Part shown: positions 1-13,674 of the stretch, piece by piece
Position numbering within the stretch: the first letter of the stretch is position 1
Layout of the letters: the number at the start of each line of letters is the position of its first letter
Assembly (NCBI RefSeq): GCF_009914755.1
Contig: NC_060948.1
DNA from: the human T2T-CHM13v2.0 reference genome, Homo sapiens
Length of the DNA stretch: 64,000 nt
Direction: 5' to 3' (one strand)
Notes under the pieces: generated by a model
What the model saw: only the letters and a program-made list of their open reading frames with translations
The model's database searches: none
What the model was told of the DNA's origin: nothing
Program-made: the position numbers and the translations under genes

Positions 1-123
1 AACGGAAAGGAAAGGAATGGAATGGAATGGAATGGGCTGGAATGGAAAGGAATCGAAACGAATGGAATGGAATCGAACTGAAGAGACTGGAATGGAATGC
101 ACTGGAATGGAAGGGAGTGTAAT

Positions 124-138
124 GGAAGGTTCTCGAAA
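124..138. promoter_or_regulatory. Heat-shock element consensus match A (gGAAg gTTCt cGAAa), repeated in every unit
   Basis: Exact match to nGAAnnTTCnnGAAn; binding not shown. Confidence 0.55.
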
Positions 139-1149
139 TAAATGGAATCGAATGGAATGGAATTGAATGGAACGGAATAGAGTCGAATGGAATTGAATGG
201 AATGGAATGGACTAGAGTGAAATGGAATCGAACCACAAGGAATGGACAGGAATAGAATGGTCTCGAATTGAATGGAATCGTATGGAATGGCATCAAACGG
301 AATGGAATGGACAGCCACGGAATGGAATGCACTCGAATGCAATGGAGTCGAAACTAATGGACTGGAATAGAATGGACTCGACTGGTACGGACTCCAATGG
401 AATGGAATCGAATGGAAGGGAATCGAACGGAATGGACTCGAAGGGAAAAGACTGCAATGGAAAGGTCTCGAATGGAATGGAAATTAATGGAATGGAATGG
501 AATCGAATGAAATGGAGTCAAAAGGAATGGAATCGAATGGCAAGAAATCGAATGTAATGGAATCGCAAGGAATTGATGTGAACGGAACGGAATGGAATGG
601 AATCCAAAGGAATGGAATAGAATGGAATGGAATCGAATGGAAAGGACTCGAATGGAAATCACTCGAATAGAATGCAATTTAATAAAATAGGATCAAATGG
701 AATGGAATGGAATGGAAAGGAATCGAAACGAAAGGAATGGAGACAGATGGAATGGAATGGAACAGAGAGCAATGGTATAGAATGGAATGGAATCATCTGG
801 AATGGAATTGAATGGAATGGAATAATATGAAATGGAATGGAATGGAATGGAATGGAATGCCCTTGAATTAAATGGACTGGAATGGAATGGACTCGAACAG
901 AGTGGAATGGAAAGTGTTGAGATAGAATGGAATGGACTCGTTTGGAATGGTGTAGTATGCAATGCAATCGACTGGCAGGGAATCAAAAGGAATGTAATCG
1001 AATGGATTGGACTGGAATGCAATGGACTCGAATAGATTGGAAACGGAATGCAAAGGAATGGAATGGAATAGTATGGAATGGAATGGAAAGGAATGGAGTG
1101 GAATAGACTAGAGTGGAATGGAATGGACTGGAAAGCAATGGACTGGAAT

Positions 1150-1164
1150 GGAACTTTCTTGAAT
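1150..1164. promoter_or_regulatory. Heat-shock element consensus match B (gGAAc tTTCt tGAAt), repeated in every unit
   Basis: Exact match to nGAAnnTTCnnGAAn; binding not shown. Confidence 0.55.
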
Positions 1165-2881
1165 GGACTGGAATCAAACGGAATGGAATGCAATGCAATC
1201 AAATGGCATGGAATAAAATAGAATGAAAGAGAATCAAATGGAATTGAATCGAATGGAATGGAATGGATTGGAAAGGAATAGAATGGAATGGAATGGAATT
1301 GACTCAAATGGAATGGACTAGAATGGAATGGATTCGAATGGAAGGCAAAGGAATGGAATCTATTGGAATGGACTGTAATGGAATGGAATGGAAGGGATTG
1401 GAATGGACTCGAATGGAATGGACTGCAATAGAAAGGATTCGAATGGAATGAAAAAGAATTGAATGGAATAGAACAGAATGGAATCAAATCGAATGAAATG
1501 GAATGGAATAGAAAGGAATGGAATGAAATGGAATGGAAAGGATTCGAATGGAATGCAATCGAATGGAATGGAATCGAACGGAATGGAATAAAATGGAAGA
1601 AAACTGGCAAGAAATGGAATCGAAATGAATGGAGTGTTATGGAACGGACTCAAAAGGAATTGAATGTAATAGAATGGAGTGGAGTGGACTCGAATATAAT
1701 GGACTGGAATGGAATGAAATCACATGGAATGGGAACGAATGGAATGGAATGGAAAGGAATGGAATCGAATGGAAAGGAATCGAATGGAAGGGAATGAAAT
1801 TGAATCAACAGGAATGGAAGGGAATAGAATAGACGGTAATGGAATGGACTCGAATAGAATGGACACGAATGCTCAAATTGAATGGACTCGAATGGAATGG
1901 AAACGAAAGGAATGTCATCGAATGGAATTGAATCGATTGGAATGAAATCGCATAGAATGGAGTGGAATCAAATGGAATTGAATCGAAAGGAAAGGAAGCG
2001 AATGGACTGAAATGAAATGGAATGGAATTGAATGGAAAGTAATGCAATGGAATAGAATGGAACGAAATTTCACGGAATGGAATCAAACTGAATGGAATCA
2101 AATCAATGGAATCAAATCAAATGGAATGAAAAGGAATTGAATGGAGTAGATGGGATTGGATGGGATTGGAATGAAATGTACTGGAAAGGACTCGAATTTC
2201 ATGAAACGGAATGGAATGAATTGGAACGGAATGGACTCGAATGGAATGGAATGTCATGGAATGGCATCAAATGGAATGGAATCGAATGCAATGGAATGCT
2301 ATGGAATGGAATGGAATGCATTGGAATGGAATGTCCTCTAATGGAATGGATTCGAGTGGAATGGAATCGAATATAATGGAGTCGAATGAAATGGAATTGA
2401 AAGGAATGGGATTGAATAGAATGGAATATACTGGAATGTAATGTAATGAACTCGAATGTAATTGACTGGAATGGAATGTACATGAATGGAATGTAATCGA
2501 ATGGAAAGTAATCCAATGGAATAGAATCTAATGCAATAAAATCGACTCAGATAGAGTAGAATGCAATGGAATGGAGTGCAGTGCAATGGAATGGAATGGA
2601 ATGGAATGGAATGGAATGCAATGGAATGGAATGGAATGGAATGGAATGGAATGGGATGGAATGGGATGGAATGGATAGTAAAGGACTGGAATGAAATGTA
2701 CTGGAAAAGAATGGACTCAAATTGAAAGGGCTCGAAAGGAATGGAGTCAAATGGAATGGTCTGGAATGGAATGAACACGAATGTAATGCAATCCAATAGA
2801 ATGGAATCGAAAGGCATGGAATATAAAGAAATGGAATCGAAGAGAATGGAAACAAATGGAATGGAATTGAATGGAATGGAA

Positions 2882-3035
2882 TTGAATGGAATGGGAACGA
2901 ATGGAGTGAAATTGTATGCAGTAGAAGGGAATAGAATGGAATGCAAGCGAAAGGAAAGGAATGGATTGGAATGGAATGGAATTCATTGGAATGGAAGGGA
3001 ATGTAGTGTAATGGACAGGCCTGGAATAAAGTGGA
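2882..3035. other. DYZ1 diagnostic segment (Y-sexing PCR amplicon, 154 bp; present once per unit)
   Basis: Seen: TTGAATGGAATGGGAACGAATGG at 2882-2904, EcoRI GAATTC at 2979-2984 and GGACAGGCCTGGAATAAAGTGGA at 3013-3035. These match my recollection of the Y1.2 and Y1.1 primers, not a database search. Confidence 0.8.
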
Positions 3036-6000
3036 ATGCTACGGTCTCCAATGGAATAAAAATGTATGGAATGGAATGCAATGAAACGGAATCGAATGTC
3101 ATAGAATGTAATGGAATGCAAAAAATTGGAATCCAAAATCATTGACTGGAAAGGCTGGGAGTCGAAAGGAATTGACTCCAATGGAATGGAATCGAATGGA
3201 ATGGAAGTGAATAGAATCGAACTAAATCGAATGGAATGGAATTGATAGGAACGGAATGGAAAGGAATGCGATGATTTGGCATGGAATGGAATCGAATGGC
3301 ATCGAATTGAGTGGAATGGAATGCAATGGAATGGAATGTATTAGAATGTAATGAACTTTAATGGAATGTACTCGAATGGATTCGACTGGAATGGAATGTT
3401 CTGGAAGTGAATGGACTCCAATGGAATGGATTCAAAAGGAATGGAATCGTACGGAATGGAATCTAATGGAATGGAATTAAATGGAAGTGAATCAAATAGA
3501 ATAGCACGGAATTGAATTGAATGGAATGGAATGCAATGGACTCTAATGAAACGGAAAGGAAAGGAATGGAATGGAATGGAAAGGAATCGAAACGAATGGA
3601 ATGGAATCGAACTGAAGAGACTGGAATGGAATGCACTGGAATGGAAGGGAGTGTAATGGAAGGTTCTCGAAAAAAATGGAATCGAATGGAATGGAATTGA
3701 ATGGAACGGAATAGAGTCGAATGGAATTGAATGGAATGGAATGGAGTAGAGTGAAATGGAATCGAACCACAAGGAATGGACAGGAATAGAATGGTCTCGA
3801 ATTGAATGGAATCGTATGGAATGGCATCAAACGGAATGGAATGGACAGCCACGGAATGGAATGCACTCGAATGCAATGGAGTCGAAACTAATGGACTGGA
3901 ATAGAATGGACTCGACTGGTACGGACTCCAATGGAATGGAATCGAATGGAAGGGAATCGAACGGAATGGACTCGAAGGGAAAAGACTGCAATGGAAAGGT
4001 CTCGAATGGAATGGAAATTAATGGAATGGAATGGAATCGAATGAAATGGAGTCAAAAGGAATGGAATCGAATGGCAAGAAATCGAATGTAATGGAATCGC
4101 AAGGAATTGATGTGAACGGAACGGAATGGAATGGAATCCAAAGGAATGGAATAGAATGGAATGGAATCGAATGGAAAGGACTCGAATGGAAATCACTCGA
4201 ATAGAATGCAATTTAATAAAATAGGATGAAATGTAATGGAATGGAATGGAAAGGAATCGAAACGAAAGGAATGGAGACAGATGGAATGGAATGGAACAGA
4301 GAGCAATGGTATAGAATGGAATGGAATCATCTGGAATGGAATTGAATGGAATGGAATAATATGAAATGGAATGGAATGGAATGGAATGGAATGGAATGGA
4401 ATGGAATGCCCTTGAATTAAATGGACTGGAATGGAATGGACTCGAACAGAGTGGAATGGAAAGTGTTGAGATAGAATGCAATGGACTCCTTTGGAATGGT
4501 GTAGTATGCAATGCAATCGATTGGTAGGGAATCAAAAGGAATGTAATCGAATGGATTGGACTGGAATGCAATGGACTCGAATAGATTGGAAACGGAATGC
4601 AAATGAATGGAATGGAATAGTATGGAATGGAATGGAAAGGAATGGAGTGGAATAGACTAGAGTGGAATGGAATGGACTGGAAAGCAATGGACTGGAATGG
4701 AACTTTCTTGAATGGACTGGAATCAAACGGAATGGAATGCAATGCAATCAAATGGCATGGAATAAAATAGAATGAAAGAGAATCAAATGGAATTGAATCG
4801 AATGGAATGGAATGGATTGGAAAGGAATAGAATGGAATGGAATGGAATTGACTCAAATGGAATGGACTATAATGGAATGGATGCGAATGGAAGGCAAAGG
4901 AATGGAATCTGTTGGAATGGACTGTAATGGAATGGAATGGAAGGGATTGGAATGGACTCGAATGGAATGGACTGCAATAGAAAGGATTCGAATGGAATGA
5001 AAAAGAATTGAATGGAATAGAACAGAATGGAATCAAATCGAATGAAATGGAATGGAATAGAAAGGAATGGAATGAAATGGAATGGAAAGGATTCGAATGG
5101 AATGCAATCGAATGGAATGGAATCGAACGGAATGGAATAAAATGGAAGAAAACTGGCAAGAAATGGAATCGAAATGAATGGAGTGTTATGGAACGGACTC
5201 AAAAGGAATTGAATGTAATAGAATGGAGTGGAGTGGACTCGAATATAATGGACTGGAATGGAATGAAATCACATGGAATGGGAACGAATGGAATGGAATG
5301 GAAAGGAATGGAATCGAATGGAAAGGAATCGAATGGAAGGGAATGAAATTGAATCAACAGGAATGGAAGGGAATAGAATAGACGGTAATGGAATGGACTC
5401 GAATAGAATGGACACGAATGCTCAAATTGAATGGACTCCAATGGAATGGAAACGAAAGGAATGTCATCGAATGGAATTGAATCAATTGGAATGAAATCGC
5501 AAGAATGGAGTGGAATCAAATGGAATTGAATCGAAAGGAAAGCAAGCGAATGGACTGAAATGAAATGGAATGGAATTGAATGGAAAGTAATGCAATGGAA
5601 TAGAATGGAACGAAATTTCACGGAATGGAATCAAACTGAAAGGAATCAAATCAATGGAATCTAATCAAAAGGAATGGAAAGGAATTGAATGGAGTAGATT
5701 GGATTGGATGGGATTGGAGTGAAATGTACTGGAAAGGACTCGAATTTCATGAAACGGAATGGAATGAATTGGAACGGAATGGACTCGAATGGAATGTAAT
5801 GTCATGGAATGGCATCAAATGGAATGGAATCAAATGGAATGGAATCGAATGCAATGGATGCTATGGAATGGAATGGAATGCATTGGAATGGAATGTCCTC
5901 TAATGGAATGGATTCGAGTGGAATAGAATCGAATATAATGGAGTCGAATGAAATGGAATTGAAAGGAATGGGATCGAATAGAATGGAATATACTGGAATG

Positions 6001-6566
6001 TAATGTAATGAACCCGAATGTAATTGACTGGAATGGAATGTACATGAATGGAATGTAATCGAATGGAAAGTAATCCAATGGAATAGAATCTAATGCAATA
6101 AAATCGACTCAGATAGAGTAGAATGTAATGGAATGGAGTGCAGTGCAATGGAATGGAATGGAATGGAATGCAATGGAATGGAATGGAATGGAATGGAATT
6201 GGATGGAATGGTATGGAATGGATAGTAATGGACTGGAGTGAAATGGACTGGAAAGGAATGGACTCAAATTGAAAGGGCTCGAAAGGAATGGAGTCTAATG
6301 GAATGGTCTGGAATGGAATGAACACGAATGTAATGCAATCCAATAGAATGGAATCGAATGGCATGGAATATAAAGAAATGGAATCGAAGAGAATGGAAAC
6401 AAATGGAATGGAATTGAATGGAATGGAATTGAATGGAATGGGAACGAATGGAGTGAAATTGTATGCAGTAGAAGAGAATAGAATGGAATGCAAGCGAAAG
6501 GAAAGGAATGGATTGGAATGGAATGGAATTCATTGGAATGGAAGGGAATGTAGTGTAATGGACAGG
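3020..6566 (-). repeat. DYZ1 unit, 3547 bp
   Basis: HaeIII-to-HaeIII interval; two private 1-bp deletions (~5501, ~5858). Confidence 0.9.
3393..3407. promoter_or_regulatory. Heat-shock element consensus match C (gGAAt gTTCt gGAAg), repeated in every unit
   Basis: Exact match to nGAAnnTTCnnGAAn; binding not shown. Confidence 0.55.
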
Positions 6567-9500
6567 CCTGGAATAAAGTGGAATGCTACGGTCTCGAATG
6601 GAATAAAAATGTATGGAATGGAATGCAATGAAACGGAATCGAATGTCATAGAATGTAATGGAATGCAAAAAAATGGAATCCAAAATCATTGACTGGAAAG
6701 GCTGGGTGTCGAAAGGAATTGACTCCAATGGAATGGAATCGAATGGAATGGAAGTGAATAGAATCGAACTAAATCGAATGGAATGGAATTGATAGGAACG
6801 GAATGGAAAGGAATGCAATGATTTGGCATGGAATGGAATCGAATGGCATCGAATGGAATGGAATGGAATGCAATGGAATGGAATGTATTAGAATGTAATG
6901 AACTTTAATGGAATGTACTCGAATGGATTCGACTGGAATGGAATGTTCTGGAAGTGAATGGACTCCAATGGAATGGATTCAAAAGGAATGGAATCGTACG
7001 GAATGGAATCTAATGGAATGGAATTAAATGGAAATGAATCAAATTGAATAGCACGGAATTGAATTGAATGGAATGGAATGCAATGGAATCTAATGAAACG
7101 GAAAGGAAAGGAATGGAATGGAATGGAATGGGCTGGAATGGAAAGGAATCGAAACGAATGGAATGGAATCGAACTGAAGAGACTGGAATGGAATGCACTG
7201 GAATGGAAGGGAGTGTAATGGAAGGTTCTCGAAAAAAATGGAATCGAATGGAATGGAATTGAATGGAACGGAATAGAGTCGAATGGAATTGAATGGAATG
7301 GAATGGACTAGAGTGAAATGGAATCGAACCACAAGGAATGGACAGGAATAGAATGGTCTCGAATTGAATGGAATCGCATGGAATGGTATCAAACGGAATG
7401 GAATGGACAGCCACGGAATGGAATGCACTCGAATGCAATGGAGTCGAAATTAATGGACTGGAATAGAATGGACTCGACTGGTACGGACTCCAATGGAATG
7501 GAATCGAATGGAAGGGAATCGAACGGAATGGACTCGAAGGGAAAAGACTGCAATGGAAAGGTCTCGAATGGAATGGAAATTAATGGAATGGAATGGAATC
7601 GAATGAAATGGAGTCAAAAGGAATGGAATCGAATGGCAAGAAATCGAATGTAATGGAATCGCAAGGAATTGATGTGAACGGAACGGAATGGAATGGAATC
7701 CAAAGGAATGGAATAGAATGGAATGGAATCGAATGGAAAGGACTCGAATGGAAATCACTCGAATAGAATGCAATTTAATAAAATAGGATCAAATGTAATG
7801 GAATAGAATGGAAAGGAATCGAAACGAAAGGAATGGAGACAGATGGAATGGAATGGAACAGAGAGCAATGGTATAGAATGGAATGGAATCATCTGGAATG
7901 GAATTGAATGGAATGGAATAATATGAAATGGAATGGAATGGAATGGAATGGAATGCCCTTGAATTAAATGGACTGGAATGGAATGGACTCGAACAGAGTG
8001 GAATGGAAAGTGTTGAGATAGAATGGAATGGACTCCTTTGGAATGGTGTAGTATGCAATGCAATCGACTGGCAGGGAATCAAAAGGAATGTAATCGAATC
8101 GGTTGGACTGGAATGCAATGGACTCGAATAGATTGGAAACGGAATGCAAAGGAATGGAATGGAATAGTATGGAATGGAATGGAAAGGAATGGAGTGGAAT
8201 AGACTAGAGTGGAATGGAATGGACTGGAAAGCAATGGACTGGAATAGAAGTTTCTTGAATGGACTGGAATCAAACGGAATGGAATGCAATGCAATCAAAT
8301 GGCATGGAATAAAATAGAATGAAACAGAATCAAATGGAATTGAATCGAATGGAATCGAATGGATTGGAAAGGAATAGAATGGAATGGAATGGAATTGACT
8401 CAAATGGAATGGACTAGAATGGAATGGATTCGAATGGAAGGCAAAGGAATGGAATCTATTGGAATGGACTGTAATGGAATGGAATGGAAGGGATTGGAAT
8501 GGACTCGAATGGAATGGACTGCAATAGAAAGGATTCGAATGGAATGAAAAAGAATTGAATGGAATAGAACAGAATGGAATCAAATCGAATGAAATGGAAT
8601 GGAATAGAAAGGAATGGAATGAAATGGAATGGAAAGGATTCGAATGGAATGCAATCGAATGGAATGGAATCGAACGGAATGGAATAAAATGGAAGAAAAC
8701 TGGCAAGAAAAGGAATCGAAAGGAATGGAGTGTGATGATACGGACTCAAAAGGAATTGAATGTAATAGAATGGAGTGGAGTGGACTCGAATATAATGGAC
8801 TGGAATGGAATGAAATCACATGGAATGGGAACGAATGGAATGGAATGGAAAGGAATGGAATCGAATGGAAAGGAATCGAATGGAAGGGAATGAAATTGAA
8901 TCAACAGGAATGGAAGGGAATAGAATAGACGGTAATGGAATGGACTCGAATAGAATGGACACGAATGCTCAAATTGAATGGACTCGAATGGAATGGAAAC
9001 GAAAGGAATGTCATCGAAAGGAATTGAATCGATTGGAATGAAATCGCATAGAATGGAGTGGAATCAAATGGAATTGAATCGAAAGGAAAGGAAGCGAATG
9101 GACTGAAATGAAATGGAATGGAATTGAATGGAAAGTAATGCAATGGAATAGAATGGAACGAAATTTCACGGAATGGAATCAAACTGAATGGAATCAAATC
9201 AATGGAATCAAATCAAATGGAATGGAAAGGAATTGAATGGAGTAGATGGGATTGGATGGGATTGGAATGAAATGTACGGGAATGGACTCGAATTTCATGA
9301 AACGGAATGGAATGAATTGGAACGGAATGGACTCGAATGGAATGGAATGTCATGGAATGGCATCAAATGGAATGGCATCAAATGGAATGAAATCGAATGC
9401 AATGGAATGCTATGGAATGGAATGGAATGCATTGGAATGGAATGTCCTCTAATGGAATGGATTCGAGTGGAATGGAATCGAATATAATGGAGTCGAATGA

Positions 9501-10120
9501 AATGGAATTGAAAGGAATGGGATCGAATATAATGGAATATACTGGAATGTAATGTAATGAACTCGAATGTAATTGACTGGAATGGAATGTACATGAATGG
9601 AATGTAATCGAATGTAAAGTAATCCAATGGAATAGAATCTAATGCAATAAAATCGACTCAGATAGAGTAGAATGTAATGGAATGGAGTGCAGTGCAATGG
9701 AATGGAATGGAATGGAATGCAATGGAATGGAATGGAATGGAATGGAATGGAATGGGATGGAATGGTATGGAATGGATAGTAATGGACTGGAGTGAAATGG
9801 ACTGGAAAGGAATGGACTCAAATTGAAACGGCTCGAAAGGAACGGAGACAAATGGAATGGTCTGGAATGGAATGAACACGAATGTAATGCAATCCAATAG
9901 AATGGAGTCGAATGGCATGGAATATAAAGAAATGGAATCGAAGAGAATGGAAACAAATGGAATGGAATTGAATGGAATGGAATTGAATGGAATGGGAACG
10001 AATGGAGTGAAATTGTATGCAGTAGAAGAGAATAGAATGGAATGCAAGCGAAAGGAAAGGAATGGATTGGAATGGAATGGAATTCATTGGAATGGAAGGG
10101 AATGTAGTGTAATGGACAGG
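6567..10120 (-). repeat. DYZ1 unit, 3554 bp
   Basis: HaeIII-to-HaeIII interval. Confidence 0.9.
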
Positions 10121-13100
10121 CCTGGAATAAAGTGGAATGCTACGGTCTCGAATGGAATAAAAATGTATGGAATGGAATGCAATGAAACGGAATCGAATGT
10201 CATAGAATGTAATGGAATGCAAAAAAATGGAATCCAAAATCATTGACTGGAAAGGCTGGGTGTCGAAAGGAATTGACTCCAATGGAATGGAATCGAATGG
10301 AATGGAAGTGAATAGAATCGAACTAAATCGAATGGAATGGAATTGATAGGAACGGAATGGAAAGGAATGCAATGATTTGGCATGGAATGGAATCGAATGG
10401 CATCGAATGGAATGGAATGGAATGCAATGGAATGGAATGTATTAGAATGTAATGAACTTTAATGGAATGTACTCGAATGGATTCGACTGGAATGGAATGT
10501 TCTGGAAGTAAATGGACTCCAATGGAATGGATTCAAAAGGAATGGAATCGTACGGAATGGAATCTAATGGAATGGAATTAAATGGAAATGAAGCAAATTG
10601 AATAGCACGGAATTGAATTGAATGGAATGCAATGCAATGGAATCTAATGAAACGGAAAGGAAAGGAATGGAATGGAATGGAATGGGCTGGAATGGAAAGG
10701 AATCGAAACGAATGGAATGGAATCGAACTGAAGAGGCTGGAATGGAATGCACTGGAATGGAAGGGAGTGTAATGGAAGGTTCTCGAAAAAAATGGAATCG
10801 AATGGAATGGAATTGAATGGAACGGAATAGAGTCGAATGGAATTGAATGGAATGGAATGGACTAGACTGAAATGGAATCGAACCACAAGGAATGGACAGG
10901 AATAGAATGGTCTCGAATTGAATGGAATCGTATGGAATGGCATCAAACGGAATGGAATGGACAGCCACGGAATGGAATGCACTCGAATGCAATGGAGTCG
11001 AAACTAATGGACTGGAATAGAATGGACTCGACTGGTACGGACTCCAATGGAATGGAATCGAATGGAAGGGAATCGAACGGAATGGACTCGAAGGGAAAAG
11101 ACTGCAATGGAAAGGTCTCGAATGGAATGGAAATTAATGGAATGGAATGGAATCGAATGAAATGGAGTCAAAAGGAATGCAATCGAATGGCTAGAAATCG
11201 AATGTAATGGAATCGCAAGGAATGGATGTGAACGGAACGGAATGGAATGGAATCCAAAGGAATGGAATAGAATGGAATGGAATCGAATGGAAAGGACTCG
11301 AATGGAAATCACTCGAATAGAATGCAATTTAATAAAATAGGATCAAATGGAATGGAATGGAATGGAAAGGAATCGAAACGAAAGGAATGGAGACAGATGG
11401 AATGGAATGGAACAGAGAGCAATGGTATAGAATGGAATGGAATCATCTGGAATGGAATTGAATGGAATGGAATAATATGAAATGGCATGGAATGGAATGG
11501 AATGGAATGCCCTTGAATTAAATGGACTGGAATGGAATGGACTCGAACAGAGTGGAATGGAAAGTGTTGAGATAGAATGGAATGGACTCCTTTGGAATGG
11601 TGTAGTATGCAATGCAATCGACTGGCAGGGAATCAAAAGGAATGTAATCGAATGGATTGGACTGGAATGCAATGGACTCGAATAGATTGGAAACGGAATG
11701 CAAAGGAATGGAATGGAATAGTATGGAATGGAATGGAAAGGAATGGAGTGGAATAGACTAGAGTGGAATGGAATGGACTGGAAAGCAATGGACTGGAATG
11801 GAACTTTCTTGAATGGACTGGAATCAAACGGAATGGAATGCAAGGCAATCAAATGGCATGGAATAAAATAGAATGAAAGAGAATCAAATGGAATTGAATC
11901 GAATGGAATCGAATGGATTGGAAAGGAATAGAATGGAATGGAATGGAATTGACTCAAATGGAATGGACTAGAATGGAATGGATTCGAATGGAAGGCAAAG
12001 GAATGGAATCTATTGGAATGGACTGTAATGGAATGGAATGGAAGGGATTGGAATGGACTCGAATGGAATGGACTGCAATAGAAAGGATTCGAATGGAATG
12101 AAAAAGAATTGAATGGAATAGAACAGAATGGAATCAAATCGAATGAAATGGAATGGAATAGAAAGGAATGGAATGAAATGGAATGGAAAGGATTCGAATG
12201 GAATGCAATCGAATGGAATGGAATCGAACGGAATGGAATAAAATGGAAGAAAACTGGCAAGAAATGGAATCGAAATGAATGGAGTGTTATGGAACGGACT
12301 CAAAAGGAATTGAATGTAATAGAATGGAGTGGAGTGGACTCGAATATAATGGACTGGAATGGAATGAAATCACATGGAATGGGAACGAATGGAATGGAAT
12401 GGAAAGGAATGGAATCGAATGGAAAGGAATCGAATGGAAGGGAATGAAATTGAATCAACAGGAATGGAAGGGAATAGAATAGACGGTAATGGAATGGACT
12501 CGAATAGAATGGACACGAATGCTCAAATTGAATGGACTCGAATGGAATGGAAACGAAAGGAATGTCATCGAATGGAATTGAATCGATTGGAATGAAATCG
12601 CATAGAATGGAGTGGAATCAAATGGAATTGAATCGAAAGGAAAGGAAGCGAATGGACTGAAATGAAATGGAATGGAATTGAATGGAAAGTAATGCAATGG
12701 AATAGAATGGAACGAAATTTCACGGAATGGAATGAAACTGAATGGAATCAAGTCAATGGAATCAAATCAAATGGAATGGAAAGGAATTGAATGGAGTAGA
12801 TGGGATTGGATGGGATTGGAATGAAATGTACTGGAAAGGACTCGAATTTCATGAAACGGAATGGAATGAATTGGAACGGAATGGACTCGAATGGAATGGA
12901 ATGTCATGGAATGGCATCAAATGGAATGGCATCAAATGGAATGGAATCGAATGCAATGGAATGCTATGGAATGGAATGGAATGCATTGGAATGGAATGTC
13001 CTCTAATGGAAAGGATTCGAGTGGAATGGAATCGAATATAATGGAGTCGAATGAAATGGAATTGAAAGGAATGGGATCGAATAAAATGGAATATACTGGA

Positions 13101-13674
13101 ATGTAATGTAATGAACCCGAATGTAATTGACTGGAATGGAATGTACATGAATGGAATGTAATCGAATGGAAAGTAATCCAATGGAATAGAATCTAATGCA
13201 ATAAAATCGACTCAGATAGAGTAGAATGTAATGGAATGGAGTGCAGTGCAATGGAATGGAATGGAATGGAATGCAATGGAATGGAATGGAATGGAATGGA
13301 ATGGAATGGGATTTAATGGTATGGAATGGATAGTAATGGACTGGAGTGAAATGGACTGGAAAGGAATGGACTCAAATTGAAAGGGCTCGAAAGGAATGGA
13401 GACAAATGGAATGGTCTGGAATGGAATGAACACGAATGTAATGCAATCCAATAGAATGGAGTCGAATGGCATGGAATATAAAGAAATGGAATCGAAGAGA
13501 ATGGAAACAAATGGAATGGAATTGAATGGAATGGAATTGAATGGAATGGGAACGAATGGAGTGAAATTGTATGCAGTAGAAGAGAATAGAATGGAATGCA
13601 AGCGAAAGGAAAGGAATGGATTGGAATGGAATGGAATTCATTGGAATGGAAGGGAATGTAGTGTAATGGACAGG
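10121..13674 (-). repeat. DYZ1 unit, 3554 bp
   Basis: HaeIII-to-HaeIII interval; near-identical to the next unit. Confidence 0.9.

Larger units (their letters stand above)
1..3019 (-). repeat. DYZ1 unit, partial (window edge)
   Basis: Ends at the HaeIII cut in GGCC 3018-3021. Confidence 0.9.

Noticed and set aside
2062-2205. Additional HSE-like sites cGAAatTTCacGGA (~2063) and cGAAtTTCatGAA (~2193)
   Set aside because: The first has a mismatched third unit and the second has the wrong spacing, so neither was counted as canonical.
681-3060. AATAAA hexamers (~681, 1212, 1587, 2535, 3025, 3055) as polyadenylation signals
   Set aside because: They arise easily from GGAAT followed by an A-rich pentamer, and there is no transcript evidence or clear downstream GU-rich element in the sequence.
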